Part shown: positions 1-12,152 of the stretch, in pieces
Layout of the letters: the number at the start of each line of letters is the position of its first letter
Position numbering within the stretch: position 1 is the stretch's first letter
Origin: Phoronis australis
Taxonomy: Eukaryota > Animalia > Phoronida
NCBI GenBank assembly: GCA_002633005.1
Contig: NMRA01000056.1
Coordinates: 1,147,521-1,211,520 of the forward strand
Reading direction: 5' to 3'
Length of the DNA stretch: 64,000 bases
Translations under genes and position numbers: made by a program
Notes under the pieces: model-generated
Told to the model about the DNA's origin: nothing
Seen by the model: only the letters and a program-made list of their open reading frames with translations
The model's database searches: none

Positions 1-41
1 TCATTCCAACTGATGGGATTGAAATGTTTCATTAACATTAC

Positions 42-167
42 CTTGTCAGCTTTGTACAGTTTATGCATCTCTTGCAGTGGTGACACCTTCTGGCCTGCTT
101 CATCAAGATCATCGCGCGACCCAGACCGCGACCTTCGACCTCTACCCTTATCTCCTTCACCACTGCC
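42..167 (-). CDS. ERBIN: LAP gene coding exon 13 (GSGEGDKGRGRRSRSGSRDD...YKADK)
   Basis: ttccag| ... |gtaatg; 126 nt open in phase 0; linker with no homology support. Confidence 0.7.
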
Positions 168-935
168 CTGGAATAATTATATAAGCTTCGAATGAATTTC
201 ACGCAACATTTCCAAAGAATCATCGATTTTCCCGATATTTTTGCACTACATTTATCTATCAATGACCTATCAATTCCATACAAACAAAGTGATTAAGTGA
301 GCGCTGGTTTGCTATTTGATAAATCCTACAAAACTTGTCAATTCCAGCTAGAGTTACACATATCTTTTCTTAAGCGGGCGCAGTACATATATTCAAAACC
401 AAATTGCAGTTTTTGAAATTACGAGCTGCACATAGACGTCTTCGTATTTCTAACTAATTTTCCATCAGCTTTTGTTGTCAGTTGTCGCGTGAAGGCCAGT
501 GTACCAACCCGATTTTTCCTCGGCTCTCGGAATTTCTTATCGGCAATCAAACCAACGCACACAATCCGATTTTTCATGACTGGCTATCACGCTTGCCATT
601 CTTTTTTGCATCATACCTGAAATCCTAGCAGTTGTTGAATTTGAGCTCGGTCGTGACAAATAATCGGTTTCAAGCTAACACCATGCAAGAAGACGTGACA
701 TACTCTTCGGCAACCTGCCATTTTGTCCAAAAGCTGTACAATTGTGAACCACCACAAACAAATGATTTTTTATTGGCGTCATTGTCGCTGGCCTTATTTT
801 ATGCAGAAATGACGAGACACCACTCTTTGACTAGGCATTCATTCACAGGATACAGACAAAAGGGAGAAGGCAGAAACACAACTAAATAGCCATCAGCCAC
901 TTGTGCTTGAAAGTTTTTGGCATTTTGGACCATAC

Positions 936-1088
936 CTCGGTCTGTCGTTTTTCCATTGTCTGTGTCTTCGTATTCCACTGGATGTCATCATTGCCAGAGG
1001 TCACCTGACGCATTGCCAGATTTCGGGCGTGTCTCTGCTTCTCCTTGTTTTCCTTGGGGTAGGGTGTGGGTGGACGTATCGTCTTACC
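936..1088 (-). CDS. ERBIN: LAP gene coding exon 12 (GKTIRPPTPYPKENKEK...EKRQTE)
   Basis: gtacag| ... |gtatgg; 153 nt; conserved PTPYP motif; possible in-frame internal donor at 1005. Confidence 0.82.
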
Positions 1089-4021
1089 CTGTACAGCAGA
1101 ATACAGACCGTGTTATGAATGTGAGGGTCGCTGGCATTAGAATTCAATCAGCCCACATTTGGTTGAACTCCTGCTCCCTTGTTTTCCAAATTTTCACTTT
1201 TAAATACCCACACTCAGTTATGAGCCCACCTTTATTCATACAGGCAAGATTTTTGACTCCTTAAAGCACTGCACACATAAATGCTTACTTCACCTCCTAA
1301 AACACACGCATTTTGCTTAACTTTAACTTCCAAGCACCACATTATATGCATTCTGTCGGTAAACTTTCTAATCTAATTACTCTGCACAAAGTGGCTCGCA
1401 ACTGTCTAGTAATTAACCCATAATTGGCAGTTTATGTAAACGCCAACCCAAATTTTTTTAAAAAAAACTTTAACACCCAAACACGGCTTAGCACCCATCC
1501 TTTTACTTTTAAGATTTTCAATTTACACAGGCTGACACTTTTTACATTTTATATGGAAAGGTTTTATCAAGTGTAGATTCCACGTTTTTTGGACATTTTA
1601 AAATGAGACTGGCAACGGCATGACTTCCGGGAGGAGCAGGAAATGAATAAAATGTCTACAGTCAGTCACTCTGCATGAAAATAATTGCCAAAATCGTCAT
1701 TTTTTTGATTTTCAAAGGCTCGTCATCTTATCAGTGACAAATAATCAAAATTTTATCACAAGATGTTTCATGACACCAGCACCCTACAAACTATTCCAAC
1801 GTCAAAATTTCCTTAAAATTTCTATTCTTGAGAATTTCAATAAAAATAAAATTTCATTTTACCTCCACTGCATAGATAAACAATTTGTGTGTTCTACACA
1901 TTCAAATTTAATAACGAGCAAGACTACATATCAATTATTCACTAAACACATGGGTTCACAACAATGATATACATGAGGCAATGTAGAATAGAATGAAATC
2001 AATAGAAACAGAACTATACTTTGAAATGATGTAATAAAATTTTATCTTAGGATAGACATTAAAATGCAAAACTAGACATCCATCACTAAGCAACAGTTGT
2101 AATGCATAGCCAATGGATGCGCCCACCACCAAAGTTGTTAGTAAAGCAGGAATAGGGATTTTGTCAAGTAAAGTATGCACTAGAAACTGTACAACTGGCA
2201 ACATCCTACATCGATTGTCAATAGTGCCTAAGCAGTAATCAACAAACGTTCAGTGAAGCGCAACAAGCAGCTTTGTGATACGTCAAACAGCGTAACACGA
2301 ATGCTAAGCTGTAATAGCTCACCCAAAAGAAAATTGACAAATTATTTGTAATTAATTAACATAATAAACATTTTTCAAAAAAATCGCACTCCTCACTGAG
2401 TACGATAAAATGGTACTCGGAAAGTCTACTTAGTTTTTGATGAGCCTAGAATGATACAACGATGTCCCAACATTTTTGCAACTGTCTGTCCTTGAATGGG
2501 GTGAGCAAAATCTACCTCATTGGGACCTTGTTGAACTACTATTCTCAACGTTACTCTAGCGACATGCAAGAACAACATGTTATGGTTAGTGCCTGCAAAG
2601 TGACTACATTTCACACAACAAAAGCCCAACCGAACTTTTCACTTAAACAGGTGCCTTCTGAAGACACTCGCAAAACGACCAAACCCACGAGAAATTGTCC
2701 TACGTAAGAAAAGCTTTTAACAGATTATGTTTCATCAAAGTCCATGCATATGACTAATTATGATGACTTCAGCCAGGCGTGCATTGTTTTAACTTTTAGG
2801 CTTTTAATCAAAACTAATGGTTTTATAATCAATCTCCCACAAACCCCACAAAATTAACATATCTTCGGGCATTTAACGTGTGAAATACTGCACTTATGAT
2901 AGCAAAGCTATGGTAGCAAGGTAAACTAAGCCTGTGCTAGTTAAACAAGTTAAACTAGTTAATGAAGCGCGCTGTTTAATACACAGTAAAACTTACATCT
3001 TTATCCTGTCGACACCAAAAACAAATGGAATAGTTAGTCAAATATGGGGTGCACTAAATGTTAAACGTACACGGGATTGTGGGAAGATAGGAGCGATGGG
3101 ATGGGATGAAATAAAAAATCGTTTTTCACTTTACAATCACCAGTAGAGATAACGGTAAAATCCGGAAAGATTACTTTGGGAAGAGGGAAAAAGTACAGGA
3201 TTGCTTTTAACCACCAAGTAATAAATAGAGGTGAATGCAGTAATGTGTGATACAGGGATGTGAAATGGGGGGAGAGCAGAAAAAGTTGGGGAAGGACAGG
3301 AGTGGGGGTAAAGTGCAGTAGGTACCTTACAAAAATGTGCGAACACGGAATTTGCACGCAGGTATAGTATGTTCACTTGTGCAAAACACTCACACGTGCT
3401 AATCACGGACATGATTAACTTGAGGACAAACTAGATTAGGGTCTTAACAATAGTAGCTTGATAATAAATACATGGTACGCGCATAGCCCCACCGTTTCAC
3501 CGTTGCAGAATTATGCACAGCCGATTACATGAAGCCGAAATCGAAAATTTCAAACCGGCATACATCAAGTTATCACGGGTGGATCTTCCTGATGAAGCAA
3601 TCGATGAACTCTGGTTGGTTATCACAATCAAATAGATGTTGCACTGCCGTGCAGTTACCGACGAATAAAAATATAAAATAGTAAAACTAGTAAAACTCAA
3701 ATGATGAGGGTCGGTACTCCAATATATTAAAATATCCCCAGGTATCGAGCAATACGCTCTTTTTCAAGGGTGTGCTACAGACTGCTGAACAGGTGCATAC
3801 GACCGTCATACATATTTAGTCAGTAATTTGAAATTGTCTCACTGCATTTATTCAGATTAAAGAGGTGCGTGTTGCCTAATTTGCATAATTTACAATAAAA
3901 CGCATCAGGGATGAGTTCACCAGTGCTGATCACTTGCCGGTAAGAGCTACTAAAATCACACACCATGACCGTGTCAACCTCGCCAAACTGAAACACACCC
4001 TAGGCCAGCGTTCGACATTAC

Positions 4022-4128
4022 CTCGTGATCCGATTGGTCACCGAAGTCGAAGTGAATCTGCTGCCGCTGTAAACGTTCTTCATCCCACATTGACGGATGG
4101 AAGCTCTGAGCGTCATCACCAAACGCTT
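4022..4128 (-). CDS. ERBIN: LAP gene coding exon 11 (EAFGDDAQSFHPSMWDEERLQRQQIHFDFGDQSDHE)
   Basis: ctctag| ... |gtaatg; 107 nt; resembles the Erbin/LRRC7 SFNPxLWEEQR segment. Confidence 0.88.
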
Positions 4129-5085
4129 CTAGAGACAAAACAACAAGTGTGTGCATCAAAACAGGACTGTTATGAACGTGTGGCAAAGGTAAACCAAAGT
4201 AAACTTTTAATTATATATAATTAAGACTAAACCATACGTAATTAAAAGTGCATAACGAGTTCTTGCTTAATAACTTTCACATGGGTAGAATATGTTGTAA
4301 CTATTTCTTAATTATTAACTTAAATATGGATGAAATGTATACTAGAAAGGTTTTTTCCAAAACATTTTGGAAATGCAGGGATTTAAACCAGTTCAATTGC
4401 CTGGCGACAAAATGAATTCTAATCTAACACATCATTTAACAGCAGAAATTTCTCAACTGACACGATAAAAATCACCTACAGTGTACGGTTACAAGGACAT
4501 GAAACTACTCTGAAACGTGCGGTCATCAGTAATGACCAAAACTGACCATTGGGCAGTTAGCATAGAATAAAATGTGTCAGTCATTAGTATGGTACATAAC
4601 TATAGAACAAACAGACATAAGAAGCGACAAGAAGACAGAACAAAGACATACGATGATGTGTAAACACACAAACACAAAATGTGGAAAACAGTAACATACA
4701 ATTACTACGGAAGCTGCGAAAGGACAGTCCCCAAATTTTTCTCAAGATATATCTACTAATAGAAACAATGGTTCTATTGTTGGAGACAGTAAGTTCGATG
4801 ACAGAGACGGAGTAACATCTCTAACAACAGAGACAAGTCTGGAGAAAAAAATCATGTGTTGTCCTTTTACAGCCACCGTACTTGAGAGAGTACAAAAGTC
4901 AAATGAACTATTTTAAATACTAAAAATTACCAAACAAGGAAAATCTAAATACAGAAAACATATGTCACATCTAAATGTTTGGTTGTAGTTAAAACTGACA
5001 AAAAGGAAGGAAATTTTATTCGTAACAAACCGCAATGAGAGCACCGTGGATTTTTGATTGGCTAAGAGTGTAGTGGAGTTTCGAT

Positions 5086-5222
5086 CAGGGCCGCGTTCCA
5101 CAAACGCCAGAACCTCACGAAGATGCAAGTCTACGCCAGATAATGCCATGCATTACAAGCGAACCACGTGACCACATTAGCTTTTACTGGCGAGTGTCTT
5201 GGGTCTACAGAACGCGGCCCTG
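5086..5222. mobile_element. Small MITE-like element
   Basis: Perfect 13-bp terminal inverted repeat CAGGGCCGCGTTC / GAACGCGGCCCTG; right end (gtctacagaac) recurs at about 33540 and 36760; no TSD seen. Confidence 0.65.
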
Positions 5223-5925
5223 GTTTGGTTTAGGGAGTTGACTGTTCAACAGTGAATTCACAGCTTGAACATACACCAAGTTATTTGCTTGCAAACATTT
5301 TAATGTACCATCATTAATATAGTATTTTTTGGCACAAGTGAAAGAACCCATGCAATCGCCAAAAGTACAAAGAATAAAAACGTTTTTTTGTGATAAAGCA
5401 CACACCTCCTGTCCCAATCGTTTGAACTAGTTTTGCAACAACGAGAGTATTTCATTACCTTCAACTTTTGCAAAGCAAGTTAACAACATATCCACGTGCA
5501 GATAGTGTCTAAGTATATTTACAGCTATTGAGACAACACAACTGAGTGAACTTACTACTTGTTTGGCCTGAAGAAAATTAAACAATAAACATTTCAATAG
5601 AATAACAAAGGACTGTGTTGAGACGCACCTAAATAAAATTACATTCGGTTAACGAGTCGAGCAAAATGAAATTGTTCCACAGAGATTTGTAACACTCTAA
5701 ATTGAGTCTTGGTGCAGTGATACGTGATTTGCACACTAATTATATGTACACCGTTGACTTAAACAATAATTATTGGAAATCAAGTTTGATTGTTCCACAT
5801 TCCAAACAACAGGGCATGCATTATTAAAATCTAACTTAAAAATCATTGTGCTACATTGACATTTTGTAACAAAAGAAGTGCTGAACACAGTAAAAAATTT
5901 ACAAGACAATTTTACCAGACACAGG

Positions 5926-6090
5926 TAGCAGACGTACAAAGCATATTGCTTTTAGCAGATATTTTGAGCAGACGCACTGAGCAGACACCCTGAACAAATT
6001 CGCTTGTGCTTGAGCAGATGAAATGAGAAGACAATCTGGGCAGATGTTCCGAGCAACAGCAAATTTACCGAGCACACACATTGAGCAGAC
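5926..6090. repeat. Degenerate ~13-bp tandem array with core TGAGCAGAC
   Basis: Cores at 5926, 5953, 5965, 5978, 5991, 6011, 6024, 6037, 6050, 6069, 6082. Confidence 0.75.
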
Positions 6091-6620
6091 ATACCAGGTT
6101 CCAACCACAATCACCTAACTTTACTCGAGAATAGGCTGAAGAACTGACCAATCATATCACCAGTGTTTGCCCAAGGCTGTGTTTAGGCATTATGTGATGC
6201 AAGAAAACTAAAGAATCGCATAATGAGTTGACAGGTACATCAAGTTGGACGTAGTTTCGTTAAGTTATAAGAGTGAAAACTAAAGAAAGAATGTAACAGT
6301 TTAAATTTCTGTTTATCTTCGCATATTTTTCACAAGATTTGCCTTGTTTTTCCAATAATTTCATGACTATTTTCAAATGCCTCCAAGAAATTGAAACGAA
6401 TCCAAAATTTTTGGCAGATGGGTTGACTGGCTCGGAGCGTTTGACAATGTAGGGCAAACACTGCAACATGCAAAACTCGAATGTTTGCTCAAGTAGTTCT
6501 AAATGATCGGTCACCTTTCAGGTAGTCTCACATAGTCCGCCGGTCTCAGGCCTAAATATACGGAGCAGACGTATCTGAACAGACGTGTTTCTACTGAACA
6601 GATTCAGCAGACCAACTCAC

Positions 6621-6720
6621 CATCAGGATTTATCTTCTGCTGTGGCAGGAGGTAGCACGTCAGGCTGCGTTTGCCCGTCTCGTTGTCCAGCTCTGTCTGT
6701 AGTCGGATCAACGGCTTGGA
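6621..6720 (-). CDS. ERBIN: LAP gene coding exon 10, LAPSD-b (SKPLIRLQTELDNETGKRSLTCYLLPQQKINPD)
   Basis: ttccag| ... |gtgagt; 100 nt; LAP-specific domain signature. Confidence 0.92.
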
Positions 6721-7072
6721 CTGGAAACAAGATACCATTGGTGAGTGTAATTTTCTTCAGAAATGTCACTGCAGACTTAGACTTAAAGCAGACGTGGTTT
6801 TCTTGTACAAACGCTGTTGGCTTGAAATCCTGCATATTTTACTTTTTAATGTTAATTATAAACTATATTAGTATAGAAAGTACTGCAATGTTTATCTGCA
6901 CAGAATCACAGTCTAACTTTCTTATTATGAACAAGCAGAACTTACTGGGGGGTGATATGCATGGTAAAGAGGTATTTTTTAAGGCAAAAGACTCGCCAGC
7001 ATCAGTTTTAGGGAAAACATCAGTTTTGATAAATGACAAATTACGAACAGAATGCTCGCTAAAGGGCAATAC

Positions 7073-7258
7073 CTGATTTTCAGCCAACCACAGTGCCTGC
7101 AGCTGCTTCAGCTTGGTAAGGTCAAAGGGCAAACACTGCAGTTCATTGTCGCTCAAGTTCAATACGCGGAGACGGGGGATGTGACCTATTTCATCGGGAA
7201 TGTAGGTCAGCTTGTTACTTCGCAGTGACAACACAGTCAACCCTGTACAGCTGCCAAG
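7073..7258 (-). CDS. ERBIN: LAP gene coding exon 9 ([15 protein letters not shown]...ALWLAENQ)
   Basis: ctccag| ... |gtattg; 186 nt; last LRRs and LAPSD-a. Confidence 0.93.
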
Positions 7259-9154
7259 CTGGAGAAAGAAATACGAAAGAAATTGTAAATTATAATATGG
7301 AAATTTGTAATTATAGTTAAATAGCAATTTGACATTTATCTCCATCGATAAATGGCAAATCTAAAGCATAAGGCATGAATTAAAATTAAATTTCTTTCCC
7401 CTTGCTCTACTTCCCAAACAATAAGTGGGTAATTCCTTTCAATTAAAAATGCAGCATGCTTGTTAGAAAAAAATTAGCATACCCCGACAATAAAAAGTTG
7501 AAAAATAAAGTATTTACCTAAAGGCCTAATTATCTCAGACCAGTGAAGTTGGGGGTAGGGGTGGGGTACGGGGAAAGACTAACTATTGCAAGGGCGGTCT
7601 AACATACCAGCTTAATGTCCCTCTTATATTAGGACATTGGTCGATAATCTCTTTTCTTCAAAATCACAGTTACTTATTTCAAAGCCAACTAAAGCATTCT
7701 TCCACGTTTCCAATTTTACATCAAATTTACAAATACCAATAACTTCACTGCGTCATGTCCTCAAAATGAATCAACACCCACAACAACCTCGTAACAACTG
7801 ACCACAAATTAGCGTCACAGCTAGAACATATATCCTTTGTACTCGTGTTAAAATCTAGTTCTATAATTTCTGATTTCTTGCCAAATTTTCACAATGCACA
7901 AGCGCAGTGCTCATAGAGTACACATCAAAGGTGTTCAGACAAAGTGACCCCGAATTCCTCCCGTCTAGACGAATGGTCCAATTCACCATCAGTGTAGTCT
8001 TATCTCATGACCAATAATAAAGATGAAGTAATAATAATAAGAAAGTTAGTAGGATGGATGAGCCATTCTGCAATTACAATATTACCACTCAGGCATTTTT
8101 GCTGTTCGCAGGATACACTTTAATGATTTGAGGGCAATATTAGCTCGTCTTTTTACGTTCGTCACCTACTGTGACTGGACATAACGACCCCAAAATTCCA
8201 TCACGATGGCCACACACGGGTGAAATTAACCATCACAACAGGCATCCGTCACAACTGAGAATAATGGGGGGGAAAGTTAGCCAGAAAGAAATGTCATCAA
8301 ATGGAAATGTCATCAAATTCAACACAAGTCCATGTTCTGGTGCTAAAAGCATTTTACTTTCACCACAGGCAATTTCCTTTTTCAAAGCAACGATGTCAAC
8401 TTCTTATCCTCAGTTTCAATTGAAATTTGTTACTACAACAAATGGCCTGAATTCCCCCGACGGACATAATGCCATAGCCACTGAAACCTAATCTCCCATG
8501 ACAGACAAATTAATGGGCCTAGACTGAAGCAGCAGCCAACTAATAGTTCTTACTGAGCCTGGAAATCAATTTTCATTTCAGAAAGGGACTAAATCAAAAC
8601 TTGGTTTATTGTCCCTGTAACTATTTTTAAGATTAGGATTTCGCCAAGTACAAACAGAAGAAAGAATTGAAGACGTAGTAGTTGTCACAGTTGGAAAACA
8701 ATACTTTGTCATACTGCCTTTCGCATGTACTACACAAAGTCGAAAGGTAGTTTTCATGGGTGCGATGAGTAACTGAGGTCCATTTTGATTTGATTCTTAG
8801 TTCCCATTTTTGCCGTTAGTATACTTTGATGAGCATTACTGAGATACTGAACAAATAGACAGCTTAGGATGGTTTATAAGTTGGAATCTTATCATACTCA
8901 AAAAATCTTGTTAAAATTGGTGCGAGTGATAAGTTAACTACTTATCTTTGAGGAAAAATGGAATTAATTTGAGAAACAAAAATCCAATCAATAGTAAATG
9001 AATTTCCTCTAAGAAGAATTGAATTAAATTCCCAAAATGCGTATCATCCCACCCCTGGTAGTTATAATTGTGCTGGCCCATAGTGCACTAGTGTGGTATA
9101 AAAATGAAGCTTTGAAATACGTCACCGCATCTGTGTTCAACTAATCTGCGTTAC

Positions 9155-9284
9155 CTCAGGTGGGAGGTCTATGAGTAGGTTCTCATCAGCGTAGAGGGTC
9201 CTCAGGCATCGTAGCAGACCTATACTAGCCGGCAGCTCCTCTAGATCATTGGCACTGATGTTCAGCTCCGACAGCGACGCCAGC
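9155..9284 (-). CDS. ERBIN: LAP gene coding exon 8 (LASLSELNISANDLEELPASIG...LPPE)
   Basis: ccccag| ... |gtaacg; 130 nt. Confidence 0.93.
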
Positions 9285-9747
9285 CTGGGGGAAGCAATAT
9301 ATGAGTCAGTGTAACACTTCGCAAATACGATCCTCCAAACACAATCTTAACGTTCCAATTCTGACACTAAAAACAACTATTACAGCTACTCCTTGGCAAA
9401 TTGGAGCCACTCTGCATAATAATTAATGCAGGACCAATGATTTAATCGTAACAGAACATTTGCCTTCATTCAAGATACACATACAATCAAAATTCTTGAG
9501 CAAGCAGTATTGGTAAATGACCACTCAGCAATATGAAAGGTCCTGTTCTTTATGAGCAATACCAGTTCGGGTAATCAACCAACATGAAACCAATTCCCTC
9601 ACAATGGCACAAGAGTTTTCCGTGCAGTACATTTACATTTTTTCCGAAAATACAAGGCGTTTCAAAAAATGAACCTTATAAAGAGATAATGTCATTTCAA
9701 ATCTGGTACATTCCAAACGCCCAATCTATTTTGCTCAATATTCTTAC

Positions 9748-9965
9748 CCTCCTACTGTGAATGGCAGACTTTCCAACTGGTTGTCGTCCAACTTCAAGGT
9801 AGTCAAGTTACTAAGACGTCCCAGTGTTTCCGGCAGCTCGCGTAGTAGATTTGTCGATAGATGGAGATCGGACAGAGACAGGCAACCCTCGATCTCCGGC
9901 GGAAGACGGTCGACGCGGTTCTTTGACGCATCCAGATACATGAGCTGTTTGAGATTACCAATTTC
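9748..9965 (-). CDS. ERBIN: LAP gene coding exon 7 (EIGNLKQLMYLDASKN...LPFTVG)
   Basis: acgcag| ... |gtaaga; 218 nt; three LRRs. Confidence 0.93.
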
Positions 9966-10401
9966 CTGCGTAATATAACCAAATAAAAGTTGTAAAACAT
10001 CAACACCCATGAGATAAAAACAACGATTATGATATTGACACGAGGTGATATCGCACTCCATTAGCTACATTCCTTGTTATACTATAAGTGGAGATACAGC
10101 ATGGTTTAGGCAAAAAAACTCCATCACAAACTGATGGTATTATTGACCTGTCTGGCAGCTTACTGAGTCATCTAATTTGTTTTTCATTGTCTTTCCATTT
10201 TAAAAGTCACAAAACAAACAAACAAAACAAGACATTTTGAAATTATTATACAGGTTGATTACAAAGAATTCATACTTAACCTAGCACACCTTTTTTAAAG
10301 GACAAATTACATCAAATTTTATTAAAATATGATTTTGACGGCACTTTCAATCTATTTTTAATACTAATTATGAAGAACTTTGCAACCTTCAGTTCCCAAA
10401 A

Positions 10402-10490
10402 GGGGTAAAATAGTCCCCTTACAGGGGTCTGGCACTTTGAGAACCAGTTTTGTACACTGAATAATAGGCAACAAACCCGATTTTCAAAAT
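10402..10490 (-). repeat. Short dispersed hairpin-type repeat, copy 1
   Basis: Reverse complement aligns with 11351-11431 and 32645-32700. Confidence 0.7.
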
Positions 10491-10751
10491 CGAAACACCC
10501 AAAAGTAATTAATGCCCACAACGAAACCAGTCCTTCACTAGTCACTGATGACACGTGCAACTGCTGACAGTACCAAGAACTGGGTTATCGGGTCCACAAG
10601 TCCTGCCTTCAAGTAGGGTATTCCATCTAGGAGTGCGGCTGTTGTGTTTTTTGCATAGCCCGAGTACGTCTAACATATTACAGCCTGCATGATTTCTGTG
10701 TTAAGCGTGGTGTACCATACATTTGCTGGCAAAAAAACGGTGAGAACTTAC

Positions 10752-10826
10752 CGGAATTACTGTAGTGATTTGATTAGAATCACACCACAACTCTAGTAGA
10801 CCGGTCAGACTGCCCACCACCTCAGG
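10752..10826 (-). CDS. ERBIN: LAP gene coding exon 6 (PEVVGSLTGLLELWCDSNQITTVIP)
   Basis: ttgcag| ... |gtaagt; 75 nt, phase 0/0. Confidence 0.92.
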
Positions 10827-11350
10827 CTGCAACGAGACACAACACATGAATACTGAGAAGTATGTAAACATTGCTCCAAATCAACTCTCCAACATTGGGA
10901 AAATTTATTGCTGAAATTGCCATTTTCGATTTTTAAAGCCTTGCCACATGATCACATGCCCAAAATGCAGTCACAGAACAGCTGTACAGTGTAAACCAAG
11001 CTAACAGTGAAGCAAAATTTTCTTAATATATATTTTCCTTGAGAAATTTGTTCTTTTCCGCCATATTAACCAATATGTACCATACCCTCACTTGCTAATT
11101 TTGATATTAAAAAGTGGCTATGGCAAAATCTAACCAATTTCTGACAAAACTGGTATTTTTGTCATTTTTCAAAGCTTCTAACATAGATGTGAATGCCCAA
11201 TTTCTCAAAACAATGTCTGTTAATAGCTCTGGTATACACTCAAGACCGATCAAGCCCTTACCTGGGCTGCTTACTATTTATGAATACAATGAAGAAAACA
11301 CAATCTCATTTCTCTACCATATCGTGTCCTAAACTGGCCAATAGTCCCGT

Positions 11351-11431
11351 ATTTTGAGAACCAGTTTGATGTCTGTTATTCGGTGAAGAAAACAGGTTCT
11401 CAAAATGTAGGAACCCTGTGACTATTACCCC
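11351..11431 (+). repeat. Short dispersed hairpin-type repeat, copy 2
   Basis: ATTTTGAGAACC...GGTTCTCAAAAT self-complementary ends. Confidence 0.75.
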
Positions 11432-11745
11432 AAACAGCATGTCAACAAGTTGGAGTATCCTTCCTACAGCTACAGGCAATTGAAATCATAACAATGAATC
11501 AGGACAGCAATAAATCTGAATTGATCGTGTACCCAGACATGCTATTACTAACAAGTTCTACAGCGACGTAAATAAATTGGTGAAAGTATCTAATACCCAT
11601 AATCCATCAAGATGTGTGCCAGTACCTAAAAAATGCACTGTAATATCGCAACTGGGTAATGGAAAGCCTATTGCCAAAACCCATAATGAAGAAAGCAAGA
11701 ACATAAGTTCATAATCATCAACAGTTCAGTGAGGACAAGACTGAC

Positions 11746-11866
11746 CATTTCTGTGAAGTCGTTGTTTCCAATGTCGAGTCGCTCCAACTCAGTCAGTCGA
11801 CACATCGACTTGGGCAGTGTCTTCAGATGGTTCTCACGCACCTCCAGAATCTTAAGCTTGGACAGT
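11746..11866 (-). CDS. ERBIN: LAP gene coding exon 5 ([20 protein letters not shown]...NDFTEM)
   Basis: ttccag| ... |gtcagt; 121 nt. Confidence 0.93.
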
Positions 11867-12152
11867 CTGGAATGGTTTTTCATAAATGGAACATTATATA
11901 TTGAAATATCACTTCTTTTTTGTTACGAAACCCAGTAATTTTTGTTCGAATGTGAGCCTGACTGTAGAAAACTGAAAAACGAAGAGAAAGTTTTGTAACT
12001 GTTGTGATTTCAACCAACTTTGTCATCAAGAGAAAGTTCAGTCTATTATTCCAAAACCCATATTTTATACAATATAGCATAGCCACACAACTGAGACATT
12101 TTGAATTCAAACGAAGGTGCTGAGACTGCAATAGAAACAAAATGACACAAAC

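Noticed and set aside
5926-6090. CRISPR-like repeat/spacer reading of the 13-bp array
   Set aside because: Units far too short, eukaryotic intron, no cas genes
6585-7076. 163-aa plus-strand ORF
   Set aside because: Antisense shadow of exon 10 and its intron; no domain
10520-10560. Hammerhead-like cores (cgaaac..gtc..ctgatga)
   Set aside because: Stems I and II cannot be formed
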